64,000 nt of DNA from the human T2T-CHM13v2.0 reference genome, Homo sapiens (GCF_009914755.1 NC_060932.1), one strand, 5' to 3'. Shown: positions 1-16,436, numbered from the stretch's first letter. The notes: generated by a model not told the origin, from the letters alone. Program-made: numbers and translations.

Positions 1-592
1 CCATCTCAGAACTGAACAAATGTACAATCGGGTTTTATACCGAGACATTCAGTTCCCAGGGGCAGGCAGGAGACAGTGGCCTTCCTCTATCTCAACTGCA
101 AGAGGCTTTCCACTTTGACTAATCCACCTCAGCACAGACCCTTTATGGGTGTCGGGCTGGGGGACCATCAGGTCTTTCTCATCCCACGAGGCCACTTTTC
201 AGACTATCACATGGGGAGAAATCTTGGACAATACCCAGCTTTCAAGGGCAGGGCTCCCTGCGGCTTTCCACAGTGCATTGTGCCCCTGGTTTATTCAGAC
301 TAGAGAATGGCGATGACTTTTACCAAGTATATTGCTTTCAAACATTTTGTTAACAAGGCACGTCCTGCACAGCCCTACATGCCTTAAACCTTGATTTCAT
401 ACAACACATGTATTTGAGCTCCAGGTTTGGTCAAAGTGGTGGGGGCAAAGTGGCTGGGGCAAAGCTACAGATTAACAACATCTCAGCAAAGCAATTGTTT
501 AAAGTACAGGTTTTTTTCAAAATGGAGTCTCTTATGTCTTCCCTTTCTATGTAGACACAGTAAGAGTCTGATCTCTCTTTCTTTTCCCTACA
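1..592 (-). mobile_element. HERV-K(HML-2) 3' LTR (LTR5, probably LTR5A), cut by window edge
   Basis: Minus strand begins TGTAGGGAAAAGAAAGAGAGATCAGAC at 592, preceded by a polypurine tract. Mirror of 58999-59591. Confidence 0.93.
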
Positions 593-1482
593 TATCCCCC
601 TTTTCGTTTTGACAAAACCACCACCATCATCATGGCCCCTTCTCGCTGGTCGCTGTCTCTCTGGAGCTGCTGGATACACCTGTAGACTAATAATAGAAAA
701 GACAGACAGACAAGGATTAATACAAAATTTACAATAATGGAATTTCCGGTGGTTTTAACCCAAGTGACGGGGGCAAGAGGACGGTGTGGGTACTTCGGTA
801 CCCGGGCAGTCTCCCACCTCCTTTGTGTCTTAGTTGCTGTTTCTCATAGTTTTCAGTCTTTCTCCTCACCTGCTCACTCGCACCTTTTATCTCTTTGTCT
901 CCCTTCTCTTATGGTCTCTCTCTCTCTCTTTTACACTATCTCTCTCCCCAGTCTCACTTTTTGTGTCTGTCTCTGATCTCTGTCTCTTTTTCTTTCTATT
1001 CCTCGTCCTGGCTCTCCACATGTGCCATTTTCTTGGTGGATGGTAACTTCATCTCTTCTTCTGATATCACCATTTTGTTCACCCTGCGAGTCGATGATGC
1101 TCGATTGCGTGTTTTCTGTCTCTGCGGAGGCACTTTCATTTGCATCTCTGATAGGTTCATTGTAGAACTTCAAATGTCTAGTGGGTATCCAAACAGGAAG
1201 CTGATTTTCTTCTGGTGAAACACGAACAAAACCTCTCCCCCATGTTATCACTTTACCTATTTCCCATGTTTTGTTTTGTTGTCTTTCCACCAAATCAATT
1301 TTCACTCATGTGGGCTGTTCTTTTCACCAGTAAAATGTTCTGCAGAAGTAGTGGTCTCATTTCTATGTATGTTTAGAAAATTTAAAGTATAGAGTGTTAG
1401 ATTAAGTTGCATCTGGGAAGTGTTATACTCCTTACTGTCTGTTTCCTTTTTTTGTTTAACCAATTGAGCTTTGAGTGTTCTA
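593..1482 (-). mobile_element. HERV-K(HML-2) internal remnant: integrase C-terminus, env start, filler, env end
   Basis: ORF fragments [23 protein letters not shown] and [40 protein letters not shown] match HML-2 integrase. [22 protein letters not shown] is the Np9 exon-2 frame. Frameshifted. Confidence 0.92.
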
Positions 1483-3215
1483 AGCAGGACAGGTAAGATC
1501 TGCGTCTGGCACAGCCAGCCAGGTCTCCTTACCCTCGGCCTCCCTTTCTGCCTGTGACTGAATGGGTATGTCATGGTCTAGTAGGGGATCCAGGAGGAGG
1601 AAGCCTCATTAACTTCTATTCTGCAGCAATTGATGGCCACCCAACTTGAACAGTGGGGGCTTATCACCTCATGTATTAAGACCGGAGATAGCTGATGCCA
1701 AGGTTGGCTAAATTAGTAGCATGAGATGTTAGGTTTTTCATTTGAGGTTTCTATGGTGCTATTGCCTTCTGCTCTTGGTCACAGAGGCTGCCACAATCCG
1801 CATGTCAAGTCCTCATGTGACAATATCCAGACACAGCAAGGAAGAGGTACAGTGTATTCCTGCATGTTTCTTAAAAAAATATTTTTGATAGAGAATAATT
1901 GTACAGATTTTTGGGTTCCATGTGAGGTTCCGGTACATGCATGCAATGTGTAATGATCAAATCAGGGTCTTTAGGATATTAATCACCTCAAACATTGATC
2001 ATTTCTTTGTGTTGGGAATATTTCAAATCTTATTGCTATTTAGAAATATACAATAAATCCATTTATCAGGATACAAAATCTATGTACACACATCAGTAGC
2101 AGTGCTATACACCAACATCTACCAGGCTGAGAATCAAATCAAACCCTTTTATAATAGCTGTAAAAATAAAATACTTAGGAATATACCTAACCAAGGAGGT
2201 GAAAGACTCCTACAAGGAAAACTACAAAACACTGTTGAAAGAAATCATAGATGACAAAACAAATGGAAACACATTCCATGCTCATGGATGGGTAGACTCA
2301 ATATTGTGAAAATGACCATACTGCCAAAAGCAGTCTACAAATTCAATGTAATTCCTATCAATATACCATCATCTTTCTTTATAGAACTGGAAAAAAAAAA
2401 TGCCAAAATTCCGTTGGAACTAAAAAAGAGTCTGCACAGCCAAAGCAAAACTAAGCAAAAAGAACCAATCTAGAGGCATCACATTACCCAACTTCAAACT
2501 ATATTACAAGACTATAGTCACCAAAACAGCATGGTGCTAGTATAAAAATAGGCACATGACCAATGGGACAGAGTAGAGAAGCTAGAAATAAAGCCAAATA
2601 GTTAACAGCCAGCTGATCTTCGACAAAGTAAACAAAAACAAAGTAGGGAAAGTACACCCTATACAACAAATAGTGCTGGGATAATTGGCAAGCCACATGT
2701 AAAAGAATAAAACTGAATCCTCATCTCTCACCTTATACAGAAATCAACATAAGATGGATCAAAGACTTAAATCTAAGGTCTGAAACCATAAACATTCTAG
2801 AAGATAACATTGGAAAACGCTTCTACACATTGGCTTAGGCAAACAGTTCATGACCAAGAACCCAAAAGTAAATGCAACAGAAACAAAGATAAATAGATGG
2901 GACTCAATTAAACTAAAAGCCTCCTGCACAGCATAGGAAATAATCAGCAGAGTGAACAGATCACCCACAGAGTGGGAGAAAATTTTCGCAAACTGCATCT
3001 GACAAAGGACTAATGTCCAGAATCTACAGGGAACTCTAATCAGCAAGAAAAAATAATCCCATCAAAAAGTGTGCCAAGGACATGAATAGACAATTCTCAA
3101 AAGAAGATATACAAATGGCCAACAAACATATGAAAAAATGCTCAACATCACTAATTACCAGGGAAATGCAAATCAAAATCACAATGCAATACTACATGTA
3201 AAATAAACAAAAATA

Positions 3216-3688
<473 letters not shown>

Positions 3689-3819
3689 CTACCCAGAGGA
3701 AAAGAAGTCATTATATGAAAAAGATACTTTTGCACACATGTTTACAGCAGCAAAATTCACAGTTGCAAAACTATAGAACCAGCCCAAATGCCCATCAATC
3801 AATTAGTGGATAAAGAAAA

Positions 3820-3910
3820 TGTATATATATATATGTATACACACACACACACACATATATATACCATATACACAAATATACACATACACAAATATACACA
3901 TATATATACC
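3820..3910. repeat. (TA)n/(CA)n compound microsatellite
   Basis: Visible TA/CA runs. The right-arm counterpart (~55753) is much shorter. Confidence 0.85.
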
Positions 3911-5816
3911 ATAGAATACTACTTAGCCTTAAAAAGGAATGAAATAATGGCATTCATAGCAACCTGGATGGAGTTGGAGACCATTATTCTAAATAATGTA
4001 ACTCAGGAATGGAAAACCAAACATTGCATGTTCTCACTCTTAAGTGGGAGGTAAGCTATGATGATGCGAAGGCACAAGAATGAAACAGTGGACTTTGGGG
4101 GCTCAGGGGGAAGGTGGGAGGGGTTGAGAGATAAAAGACTATGCATTGGGTAAACTGCTTTGCTGATGGGTATGCCAAAATTTCAGAGATCACCACTAAG
4201 GAATTTATCCATGTAACAAAATACCACCTGTTCCCTAAAAACTATTGAAATTAAAAATATATATACACAACAAATTGTTGTAGTCACTTTCTGTGATAAT
4301 GAACACTAGATCTTATTCCTTCTATTATATATTTTTATACCCATTAATCAACTTCTTTTCAAACCCCTCCTAATCCCAGCCTCTGGTAACTATCATTCTA
4401 TTCTTTATCTCCATGATATCAATTTTATATAGCTCCAGGGCACACAAGTCCATAATTGCAGTCTCTATCCCTGATCCTACTGACCTGAAACATGGCCCCC
4501 ACTTTGATTTCCAGGAGCATAAACTGCTCATATAAGTGAGAACATGAAATAGTTTTCTTTCTGTGCATGGCCTAGTTCACCTAACTTTATGACCTTTAAT
4601 TCCATCCATTTAGCTGAAAATGACAGGATTTCATTCTTCTTTATGGCTGAGTACTATTCTCTTGTGCGTATATTCCCATTTTCTTTATCCATTCATCCAT
4701 TGATTGACACTTAGATTGATTCCATATCTTGGCTACTGTAAATAGTGCTGCAGTAAATATGGGGGTACAGATATCCCGTTGATACACTGATATCCTTTTT
4801 TTTGGGTATATACCCAGGAGTGGGATTGCTGGATCATATGGTAGATCTGTTCTTAGTTTTTTGAGAAATCTCTGTACTTTTTTTCATAGTGGCTGTACTA
4901 ATTTACATTCCCACCAACAATATACGATAATTTTCTTCTCTTCACATTCTTGCCAGCATTTGTTGTGCTTTGTCTCTTTAATAATAGCCATTCTAACAAG
5001 TGTGAGATGATATCTCACTGTGGTTTTGATTCGCATTTCCGTGATGATTAGTGATGTTGAATATTTTTTCATAAACTTGGTGATTTGTATATCCTCTTCT
5101 GAGGAATGTCTGTTTATTTTTTGATAGTTTCTTTTGCTGTGCAGAAGCTCTTTCATTTAATTAGATCCCATTTGTCAATTTTTGCTTTTGTGGCAATTGC
5201 GTTTGGCATCTTCACCATGAACTCTCTGCCCATCACTATGTACCGGATGGTATTGCCTAGGTTGTCTTCCAGGGTTTTTATAGTTATGGGTTTTACATTT
5301 AAGTCTGTAGGCCATCTTGAGTTAATTTTTGTATATGGTGTAAGGGAGGGGTGGTGTCTTTTCACTCTGTTGATTGTTTTCTATGATATGCAGAAGGTAT
5401 TTAATTTAATATAATCCCATTTGTCTGCTTTTGTTGCTTGTACTTTTTAAGTGTTAGCCATACAATCTTTGTTCTGAAGCGTTTCTCCTGTGTTTATTTC
5501 CAGTAGTTTTATAGTTGTGGCTGTTACATTTAAGTCTTTAATTGATTTTGAGTTTATTTTTGTAAGTGATGAGAGATAAAGGTCTAGTTTTATTCTTCTG
5601 TGTTTGGATATCTAGTTTTCCTGGCACCATTTAATGAAGAGGGTGTCTTTTATTCAATGTACGTTCTTGACACCTTTCTTGAAAATCAGCTGTAAATATG
5701 TGGATTCATTTCTGGGTTCTTTAGTCTGTTTCCTTTGTTTTTGTGTGTGTTTTAATACCAATACACGCTGTTTTGGTTACTATAGCTTTGCAGTATGTGT
5801 ATATATATATATATTT

Positions 5817-6086
5817 TGTTTGTTTGTTTGTTTTTTTGAGACGGAGTCTTTCCTTGTCACTCAGGCTGGAGTGCAGTGATGCAATCTCGGCTCACTGCAA
5901 GCTCCGCCTTCCGGGTTCACGCCATTCTCCTGTCTCAGCCTCGGCTAATTTTTTTGTTTTTTTTTTTTAGTAGAGACGGGGTTTCACCGTGTTAGCCAGG
6001 ATGGTCTCAATCTCCTGACCTCATGATCCACCCTCGTTGGCCTCCCCAAGTGCTGGGATTACAGGCGTGAGCCACCACGCCCAGCT
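5817..6086 (-). mobile_element. AluY-type element with internal deletion
   Basis: Carries CTGCAAGCTCCGCC..GGGTTCACGCCATT, but jumps CTCAGCCTC to GGCTAATTTT near 5940. The copy at 53537-53852 is complete. Confidence 0.9.
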
Positions 6087-6574
6087 GCTTTGCAGTATAC
6101 TTTTACGTCAGGTAGTGTGAGACTTCTAGCTTTGTTCTTTTTGCTCAGTTTTGCTTTGGCTATCTGGGGACTTCTGTGGTTCCATATGAATTTCAGGGTT
6201 TTTTTTTTTTTCCTGTTTCTGTGAAGAATATAATTGATAGGGATTATACTGAATCTCTAGATTGCTTAGGGTAGTATGGTCATTTTAACAGTATTAGTAA
6301 TTCCAACCCATGAGCATGAGATGCTTTTCCATTTGTTTGTGTCTTCTCAATTTATCAGTGTTTTGTGGTTTTCATTGCAGAGGTCTTTTTTTTTCTTTTT
6401 CCCCATCCTTGGTTAAGTTTATTCCTAGGTATTTTATTTTTGTAGCTATTGTAAATAGAAATTCTTCCTTGGTTTCTTTTTTCGCTAGTTTTTTACTGGT
6501 ATATAGAAACATTACTGATTTTTGTATGTTGATTTTGTGTCCTGAAGCTTTACTTATACATCTGTTTTTTTAAA

Positions 6575-6933
<359 letters not shown>

Positions 6934-9055
6934 TAAGATTATGTCATCTGCAAAGTGAGACAATTTGACTTCCTCTTGTCTAGTTTGGATGCCTTTTATT
7001 TCTTTATCTTGTCTGATCACTCTGGCTTGGATGTCCCATATTGTGTTGAATAAGAATGGTGAAAGTGGGCATCCTTGTCTTGTTCCAGTTCTTGGAGGAA
7101 AAGCTTTTCAGTTTTTCCCAGTGAGTAGGATATTAGCTGTAGATTAGTCATATATGCCTTTTCTTATGTTGAAGTGTTCCTTCTATGCCTAATTTGTTGA
7201 GAGTTTTCATCATGAAGGAATGGTAAGTTTTACCAAGTGATTTTTCTGCATCTGCTGAGATGATCAGATAGTTTTTGCCTTTCATCTTGTTGATGTGATG
7301 TATCACATGCACTGATTTTGTGTATGTTGAGCCATCTTTGCATTCCTGGGATAAATCCCACTTGATCATGGTATATTATCTTTTTCATTCATCATTAGAT
7401 TTGGCTTGGTAGTATTATGCTGAGAATTTTTGCATCTGTGTTCATTAGGAATATTGGCCTGTAGTTTTCTCTTTCTGTTGTGTCCTTGTCTTGATTGGAT
7501 ATCAGGGTAATGCTGGCCTTATACAATGAGTTAGGAAGAATTCCCTCCTCTTCAATTTTTGGGAATAGTTTGAGAAGTATTGGTGTTTGTTTTTCTTTAT
7601 AAACTGGGTAGAAATCAGTATAAAAGCCTGGTCTAGGGCTTTTCTCTTTGGAGAGACTTTTTGTTACTGATTCAAACCTGCTATTCATTTTGAGTCAGTT
7701 CAGGTTCTCTCTTTCTTCCTAGTTCAATCTTGGTAGGCTGTGTATGTCTGGGAATTTATCCCTTTCCTCTAAGCTTTCCAATTTGTTAGGGTATGGTTGT
7801 TCGTAATAGCCTCTAATGATCCTTTTTATTTCTTTGGTAACAGTTGTAATGTCTCCTTTTTCATTTCTGATTGTATTTATTTGGGTCTCCTTTCTTTTTT
7901 TTTGGTTAGCCTCACTAGTGGTTTATCAATTTTGTTTAACTTTTCAAAAAAACAACTTTTATCTTGTTGATTCTTTGCATTTCTTTTTTGTCTCTGTTGC
8001 ATTTGGTTCTGCTGTTATTTTTTTTTTCTTTCTACTAATTGTGTGTTTGGTTTGTTCTTGCTTTTGGAGTTCCTTGAGGTGCATCGTTAGGTTGTTTATT
8101 TGAGATCTTTCTACTTTTTTAGTGTAGGCATTTATTGCTATGAACTTACCTCCTAGTACTGCTTTTTTCTGTATCCCATAGGTTTTGCATGATGTGTTTC
8201 CATTTTCTGTTTAAAAAATTTTTTTGATTTCCATCTTAATTTCTTCATTGACCCAATGATCATTCAATAGCACATTTATTGTTCATGTATTTGTACACTT
8301 TCCAAATTTCTTCTTGTTATTGATTTCAAGTTTTATTCCATTGTGGTCTGAGAAGATAGTTGATATGATTTTAATGTTTAAAATTTTGTTGAGCCTTGTT
8401 TTGTGTCCTAACATATGGTCTATCCTGGAGAATGTTCCATGTGTTGATGAGATGATTGTGTATTCTGCTGCTGCTGGATGAAATATTCTGAAAATATCTG
8501 TTAGGTCCATTTGGTCTAAAGTGCAGCTTAAATCTAATGTTTGTTTGTTGATTTTATGTCTAGATGAACTGTCCAATGCTGAGAGTAGGATATTGAAATT
8601 CTCAACTATCATTGTATTGGACTCTATCTCTCCCTGTAGATTTAATAATATTTGCTATGTGTGTCTGGATGCACTTGTGTTGGTTGCATGCACATTTAGA
8701 ATTGTTATATTTTGCTGCTTAATTTTTCCCTTTATTACCATATAATGACCTTCTTTGTCCTTTTTACAGTTTTTGACTTAAAGTCTGTTTTATCTGATGC
8801 AAGTTTAGCTACTCCTGATTACTTTTGATTTCTGTTTGTGTGGTATATTTTTTTCAATCCCTTCACTTTCAGTCTGTGTGTGTCTTTACAAGTGAAGTGA
8901 GTTTCTTGTAGATGTTGTTGGGTCATTTTTTATCCATTAAGCCTGTCTGTACCTTTAGGTAGGTAATTTAACACATATTCGAAGTTATTATTGATAGGTG
9001 AGGACTTATTCGGGTCATTTTGTTCATTGTTTTCTGGTTATTTTGTATATCCTTT

Positions 9056-11318
9056 TGATTTGGTTTGGCTGTGTCCCCACTCAGATCTCATCTTGAATTC
9101 CCATGTGTTGTGGGAGGGACCCAGTGGGAAGTAGTTGAATCATGGGGGCAGGTATTTTCCATGCTATTCTTTTGATAGTGAGTAAGTCTCCTGAGATCTG
9201 ATGGTTTTAAAGGAGGAGTTTCCCTGCTCAAGCTCTCTCTTTGCCTGCTGCCATCCCTGTAAGATGTGACTTGTCTCTCCTTCACTTCCACAATGATTTT
9301 GAAGCCTTCCCAGCAACAAAGAACTGTAAGTCCATTAAACCTCTTTCTTTTGTAAATTTCCCAGTCTTATATGTGTCTTTATCAGCTGTGTGAGAATGGA
9401 CTAATACAGTAAATTGGTACCAGAAGTGGGGTGTTCCTAAAAGATACCTGAATATGTGGAAGTGACTTTGGAACTGGGAAACAGGCAGAGGTTGGAGGGC
9501 TCAGAAGGAGACAGGAAAATATGGGAAAAGTTGGAAGAGATTTCCTAGAGACTTGCCCAAAATGCTAATGGTTATATGGACAATAAAGTCTAGGCTGAGG
9601 TGGTCTCAGATGGAAATGAGAAACTTGCCGGGAACTGGCACAAAAGTGACTCCTGTTATGTTTTAGCAAAGAGACTGGTGGCATTTTGCCCCTGCTGTAG
9701 AGATTTGTGGAACTTTGAACTTGAGAGAGATGATTTAGGGTATCTGGTAGAAGAAATTTCTAAGCAGCAAAGCATTCAAGAGATGACTTGGGTGCCGTTA
9801 AAGGCCTTCAGTTTTATAAGGGAAGCAGAGCATAAAAGTTTGGAAGATTTGCAGCCTGACAATGCAATAGAAAAGAAAATCCCATTTTCTCAAGAAAAAT
9901 TCAATCTGGCTGCAGAAGTTTGTTGAAGTAACGAGGAGTCAAATGTGAATCTCCAAGACAATGGGGAAAATGTCTCAAGGGCATGTCACAGAGCTTCATG
10001 GCAGCCCGTCCCATGAAAGGCCCAGAGGCCTAGGAAGAAAAGATGGTTTTGTGGACTGGACCCAGGGACCCCTGCTGTGAGCAGACTCGGGTGCCTGAGT
10101 CTTAGCCACTCCAGCTGCAGCTAAAAGGAGCCAAGGTACAATGTGGGCTGTGGCGTCAGAGGGTGCAAGCCCCAAACCTTAGCAGCTTCCAAATAGTGTT
10201 GAGCCTGTGGGTGCACAGAAGTCAAAAATCGTGGTTTGGGAACTGCTGCCTAGACTTCAGAAGGTGTATGGAAATGCCTAGTTGTCCAGGCAGGAGTTGG
10301 CTGCAGGGGCAGGGCACTCATGGAGAACCTGTACTAGGGTAGTGCAGAAGGGAAATGTGGGGTCAGAGCCCCCACCTAGAGCCCCTACTGCAGTACCACC
10401 TAGTGGAGCTTTGAGAAGACGGCCACAATCCTCCAGACCCCAGAATGGTGGATTCACTGACAGCTTGCACTGTGTGCCTGGAAAAGCTGCAGACACTCAA
10501 TGCCAACCCATGAAAGGAGCCAGGAGGGGGTTTATACCCACAAAGCCACGGGAGTGGAGTTGTGGCCTTTTTTCTCCCAAAGCCATGGGAGCCCACCTCT
10601 TACATCAGCATGACCTGCATGTGAGACATGGAGTCAAAGGAGATCATTTTGGAGCTTTGAGATGTCAGTGCCCCACTGGATTTTGGGCTTGCATGGGGCC
10701 TGTAGCCCCTTTGTTTTGGCAATTTTGTCCCACTTGGAATGACTGTATTTACCCAATGCCTATACCCCCATTGTATCTAGGAAGTAACTAACTTGTTTTT
10801 GATTTTACATGTTCATAGGCGGAAGGGATTTGCCTTGTCTCACATGAGACTTTGGACTGTGGACTTTTGAGTTAATGCTGAACTTAGTTAAGACTTTGGG
10901 GGACTGTTGGGAAGGCATAATTTGTTTTGAAATGAGATTAGGCAAGGGCCAGGGGCAGAATGATATGCTTTGGTTGTGTGCCCACCCAAATCTCATATTG
11001 AATTCCCACATGTTGTGGGAGGGACCCGGTGGGAAGTAATTGAGTCATGGGGGTAGGTCTTTCCCATGCTGTTCTCGTGACACTGAATACGTCTCACAAG
11101 GTCTGATGGTTTTAAAAAGGGTAGTTTCCCTGCAGAAGCTCTCTCTTTGTCTGCTTCCATCCAGCTGAGACATGACTTGCTTTTTCTTGCCTTCTAACAT
11201 GATTGTGAGGCTTCCTCAGCTACGTGGAAATGTAAGTCCATTAAACCTCTTTCTTTTGTAAACTGCCCAGTCTCAGTCAGGTATGTCTTTATCAGCAGTG
11301 TGAAAACAGACTAATACA
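9056..11318 (+). mobile_element. Full-length THE1 (THE1B-like) MaLR element, LTR-internal-LTR
   Basis: LTRs 9056-9408 and 10961-11318 (TGAT..ACTAATACA). Internal region with RDLWNFELERDDLGYLVEEISKQQSIQ. 5-bp target-site duplication CCTTT at 9051-9055 and 11319-11323. Confidence 0.95.
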
Positions 11319-11569
11319 CCTTTGTTCCTTTTTTCTCTCATTATTTATTGTTGCAGTTTGGTGGTTTTCTTTAGTGGTGACGTTTGAATCCTTTCTCCTT
11401 TGTGTGTCTGCGCTACCATGAGTTTTATACTTTCATGTATTTTCATGATGGTAGATATTGTTCTTTTGCTTCCCAGTGTAGGACTCCCTTAAGCATTTTT
11501 TGTAGGACCACAACAAACAAGACACAAACAAACAGTCTTTTGCTTATCTGGGAAATATTTTTTCTCTTT

Positions 11570-11720
11570 TTTAAGCACTGGAGTCTCACTCTGTCACCCA
11601 GGCTGGAGTACAGTGGCATGATCATAGCTCACTGCAGCCTTGAACTCCTGGGCTCAAATGATCCTCCTTCCTCAGCCTTCTGAGTCTCTGGAATTGCAGA
11701 TGTGAGCCACTGTGCCAGTC
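11570..11720 (-). mobile_element. Alu monomer (FLAM/FRAM-like)
   Basis: Single Alu arm, GGAGTCTCACTCTGTCACCCAGGCTGG..GTGAGCCACTGTGCCAG. Confidence 0.85.
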
Positions 11721-12764
11721 TTCTTCATTTGTGAAGGATAGCTTTGCTGGTTTTAGCAATTTTGCCTTACATTTTTTTTTTTTTTAACTTGTAGTATACA
11801 TCCCCTTTTCTCCTAGCCTGTAAGGTTTCTGCTGAGAAATTCCCCGTTAGCCTGATGGAGATTCTCTTATAAGTGACTTGATGCTTTTCTCTTGCTGTTT
11901 TTAGCATTTTCTCTTTGTCTTTTGACAATTTTACCATAAAGTCCTTGGAGAAGACCTTTTTGAGTAGTGTTTATTTGGTAATCTTTGAGATTCCTTTATT
12001 TGGAAGCTTTCAGGAAGTGTTCAGTTATTATTTTATTAAATAGGTTTTCTATGCTTTTACCCATCTCATCTCCATCCAGAACTCCCAGAATTTCAGTTTT
12101 TGGTCACATATGTGTCCCATATGTCATGTAGCCTTGCTTCATTCTTTTTTCTTTCTTTTTGTCTGACTGGATTATTTTAAAAGACTAGTCTTCAGGTTCA
12201 GAAATTCTTTGTTTTGCTTGATCTAGTCTATTGTTAAAGCTGTCAGTTGTCTTTTGTATTTCTTTCAATGATTTCATCTCTTCCAGGATTTGTGTTTGGT
12301 TCTTTGTTATGCTGTCTATCCCTGTTGAATTTCTCATTCAGATCATGAATTGTTTTCCTGATTTTTTTGTATTCATTATCTGTGCTCTCTTATATCTCCC
12401 TGAGTTTCTTTAATATCATTATTCTGATTTTTTTTCAGGCATTTCATAGATTTTCTTTTCATTGAAATCTGTTGCTGGAGAATTATTGTGCTTCTTTGGA
12501 GATTTTATGTTTCCTTTTTCATATTTCTTGCGTCCTTATGTGACTACTTGTGCCTCTGACATAGCAGTCACTTCTTCCAATTTTCTGGGTTGGCTTTTAT
12601 ATGGGAAAGACCTTTTCTTATAGCTGTATCTACAGCGTTCATTGGATATCACACTTTGGCTTTGATTCTGGGTGGGTACAGTGGTATAGGCTGCATATGA
12701 TTTCTTCAGCTGTAATTGGCATGAGTGGTGTCTGTGAGTTATTCAGTGGCTTAGACAGCAGTTT

Positions 12765-13066
<302 letters not shown>

Positions 13067-13705
13067 AGACTGCAGTTGTTATTGGAGGCTGTGGTGAGGC
13101 TTTGCTGAGGATGGGGATGCCTGGAAGTCTTGTCCTTCAGCATCAGTGGTAGTGGTGGTAGAACAGGTGTGTCAATACTAGTGACCATGTGCAGTGTATG
13201 TGGGCACTGATGATAGCCTGTCTGCATGGGCCAATCCCTGGGCCTCCAGGTGGCTTCTTTGGTTGCTGGCAGTGGCAGCACTGGGCCAGGTGGGCGGGTG
13301 CGCCACTGGGCTCCTGGGTTGTGTGTGTGGCAGGCTGATCTCTAGTTCTCCAGGTGACGTGTGCAGGTTCTGGTGGTGGGTAGGCAGGTGTTTCCTCAGG
13401 CCTCTCAGTAGTAAGTGTGAGCGCCAGCTCTGGAGGCAGTGTGAGTCAGTCTCCAGGCCCCCAGATGGTACATTCAGGCACCAGCATATTCCTATGCATT
13501 TCTAGATAATAGTATTTTTCAGAAAACCTGAGCATATGTCCTATTAATACAACTTTCCCTCATCAGCTCTGCATGAGAAGAAGGGGGATTTCCCTCAGTA
13601 GAACAGTCACAATGGAATCATAGACTTGTTTTGAGCCACTCACTGGTATGTGGGGGTAGGCTAAAATGATAAGCTCAGAATCTAAACCTTAGACTAGGGA
13701 ATGGC

Positions 13706-13915
13706 TAACTTTTTCCATAAAGAAGCAAACGGTAATATTTTAGGCTTTTGGTCTGAATAACCTCTGTTGCAGTGACGCAGTGGTGCCATCGTAGTTTAAA
13801 ACATATGTAGACAAGGCATAAATGAATGGACCTGGTTTTATTCCAGTAAAACTTAATTTATACAAACAGTCAGAGGGCCAGATTTGGCCCTTGGTCTATA
13901 GTTTGCCAACCCTGT
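13706..13915. mobile_element. MER58-like hAT DNA-transposon relic
   Basis: Ends GATTTGGCCCTTGGTCTATAGTTTGCCAACCCTG, as recalled for MER58. Mirror ~45655-45870. Confidence 0.65.
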
Positions 13916-14034
13916 TTAGACAAGCCACAATTTATTCCCTGGGGCTGGGCCAATTTTTTCTAAAAAAAAAAAAAAAAAAAAAAAGAAAGCAACCCGCTTT
14001 CAGAATAAAATAGGGTTTCTATTTAAAAAGAAGA

Positions 14035-14330
14035 GGCTGGGTGTGGTGGCTCATGCCTATAATCCTAGCACTTTGGGAGGGTGAGGCAGGAGGACTGCTT
14101 GAGGCCAGGAGTTTGAAACCAACTTGGGCAATATAGTGAGATCCTGTCTTTGCAAAGAATAAAAAAATTAGCCAGGCATGGTGGCACATGTCAGGAGTCT
14201 TAGCTACGTAGGAGGTTGAAGGGGAAGATCAGGGGAGCCCAGGATTTTGAGGTTACAGTGAGCTCTGACTGTGCCACTTGTACTCTAGCCTAGGCAAAGA
14301 ATAAGACTCCGTTTCAAAAAAAAAAAAAAA
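14035..14330 (+). mobile_element. Alu (AluJ-type)
   Basis: Diverged dimer (GAGGACTGCTTGAGGCCAGGAGTTTG) with poly(A). Mirror 45245-45544. Confidence 0.9.
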
Positions 14331-14507
14331 TGGTTGGTTGGGGTGGGTTGGAGAAGAAAGTATTTCTGAATTTCTGGGTAGGTAACTGGTAGTGTCAGGG
14401 CAAACTAGCTCTACAGTCTTATTCATTATAAATAAAGGCAACTAGAAGATCTCCATCTAGCTATTAAAAATTGGTTAAAATCTACAGAGATAAAGTATGG
14501 TGACCCT

Positions 14508-14950
14508 TGTATCAGTTAGTTATTGTCACAAAATGCTGCATAACAAGTCACTCCAAATCTCAGTGGCTTAATACAACAGTTATTTATTTTCATGGATCTA
14601 TGGGTCAGCTGAGGATTGGTTAATCTAGCATAAGCATGTCTGGGAAGCTCTACTTTGCTCTTGGTGTCTCTTATCTTCTGCTGGAAGCAGCAGGCTGGCC
14701 TGGGCTTGTTCTCATGGTGATAGCAGGAGTGAGCGAGCACAAATGAATGCACACTTTCCAAGTTTTTGGTCATGCAGATTAATATTCCAGTGGCCAAAGC
14801 TAGACACATGACTAAACCCAACATTAGGGGCTGGAGAAATATACTCTGATTCTTCAGTGGGAGGAACTGCAGAGACAAATGACAGAGTCTTGGATACAGG
14901 GAGGACACGGATCCATTAATGTACCTTAATCAACCGCAACCCTCTAACCA
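14508..14950 (-). mobile_element. Ancient MaLR LTR (MLT1-type)
   Basis: Minus strand ends in an MLT1-like terminus (..TTGTTATGCAGCATTTTGTGACAATAACTAACTGATACA). Mirror ~44630-45068. Confidence 0.7.
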
Positions 14951-15635
14951 CCAATGCAATTAAATAAGTATTTGTTGAATGCACTTGTGCCTGAATGCTT
15001 CTGGCTGCAGCCCAGGCAATGGGGGCCTGACTGGGAAGGGACCATAGCAGGGACTCGATGTCCTGCAGGTCTGCATGTAACTGTGCACGGCCGACTCCCC
15101 ATTGGTCATGGCTGATTTGCTTTATCCTGCGACCCCAAGGGGCAACGATTACCTGATTTTATTTCTGAACAGTTTTGACAAAGTTGTTTTCAGGAGCCCA
15201 GGAAGCAAATCAATTGTAGATTTGAATTTTGCAGGGGGTCAGAATTGTTTAATATATATATAGTCTTTTACATGCTGATAATTATTTCCATACCACAAAG
15301 AAGGCCGGCTATTAGGAGGCTGCTGTTCAATTCCTTTGCCCCGTGAGCTCATGAGCTGTGTCTATGTGGGGGGCACTCACTTGTTAGAGATATTTCCCTT
15401 CAGAATAACATTAGCCAATATTCTAAATAAATGCAGGAAATTAAATAGTCTTCCCCAGACAGGTACTTTGCACTTCTAAAGTGAATTACACATTCTAAAA
15501 TAAAACACAGTCACATTAAAAAAACAAAAGGTCTTTGTGTTAGGTTGGTCTGGCATCAGCAAAGATATTTTCCTCCAGAGTAGAAGATCCTTGTAATGCA
15601 CGATATTGCGTGTGGCAGCCCCACATCTCGTTTCC

Positions 15636-16436
<801 letters not shown>

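Noticed and set aside
1488-1500. Consensus splice donor CAG/GTAAGA next to the HML-2 junction (mirrored at ~58095-58105)
   Set aside because: A single motif with no supportable exon or acceptor. Such motifs are expected by chance.
10282-10791. 169-aa and 108-aa ORFs in 9600-10791
   Set aside because: Remnants of the THE1 internal region. The frames are broken differently in the paralogous copy.
14516-14908. 130-aa ATG ORF open in both arms (also 44669-45061)
   Set aside because: It lies in an MLT1-type LTR. The copies differ at 9 of 130 residues, roughly what neutral drift gives at this DNA divergence. No recognisable domain.
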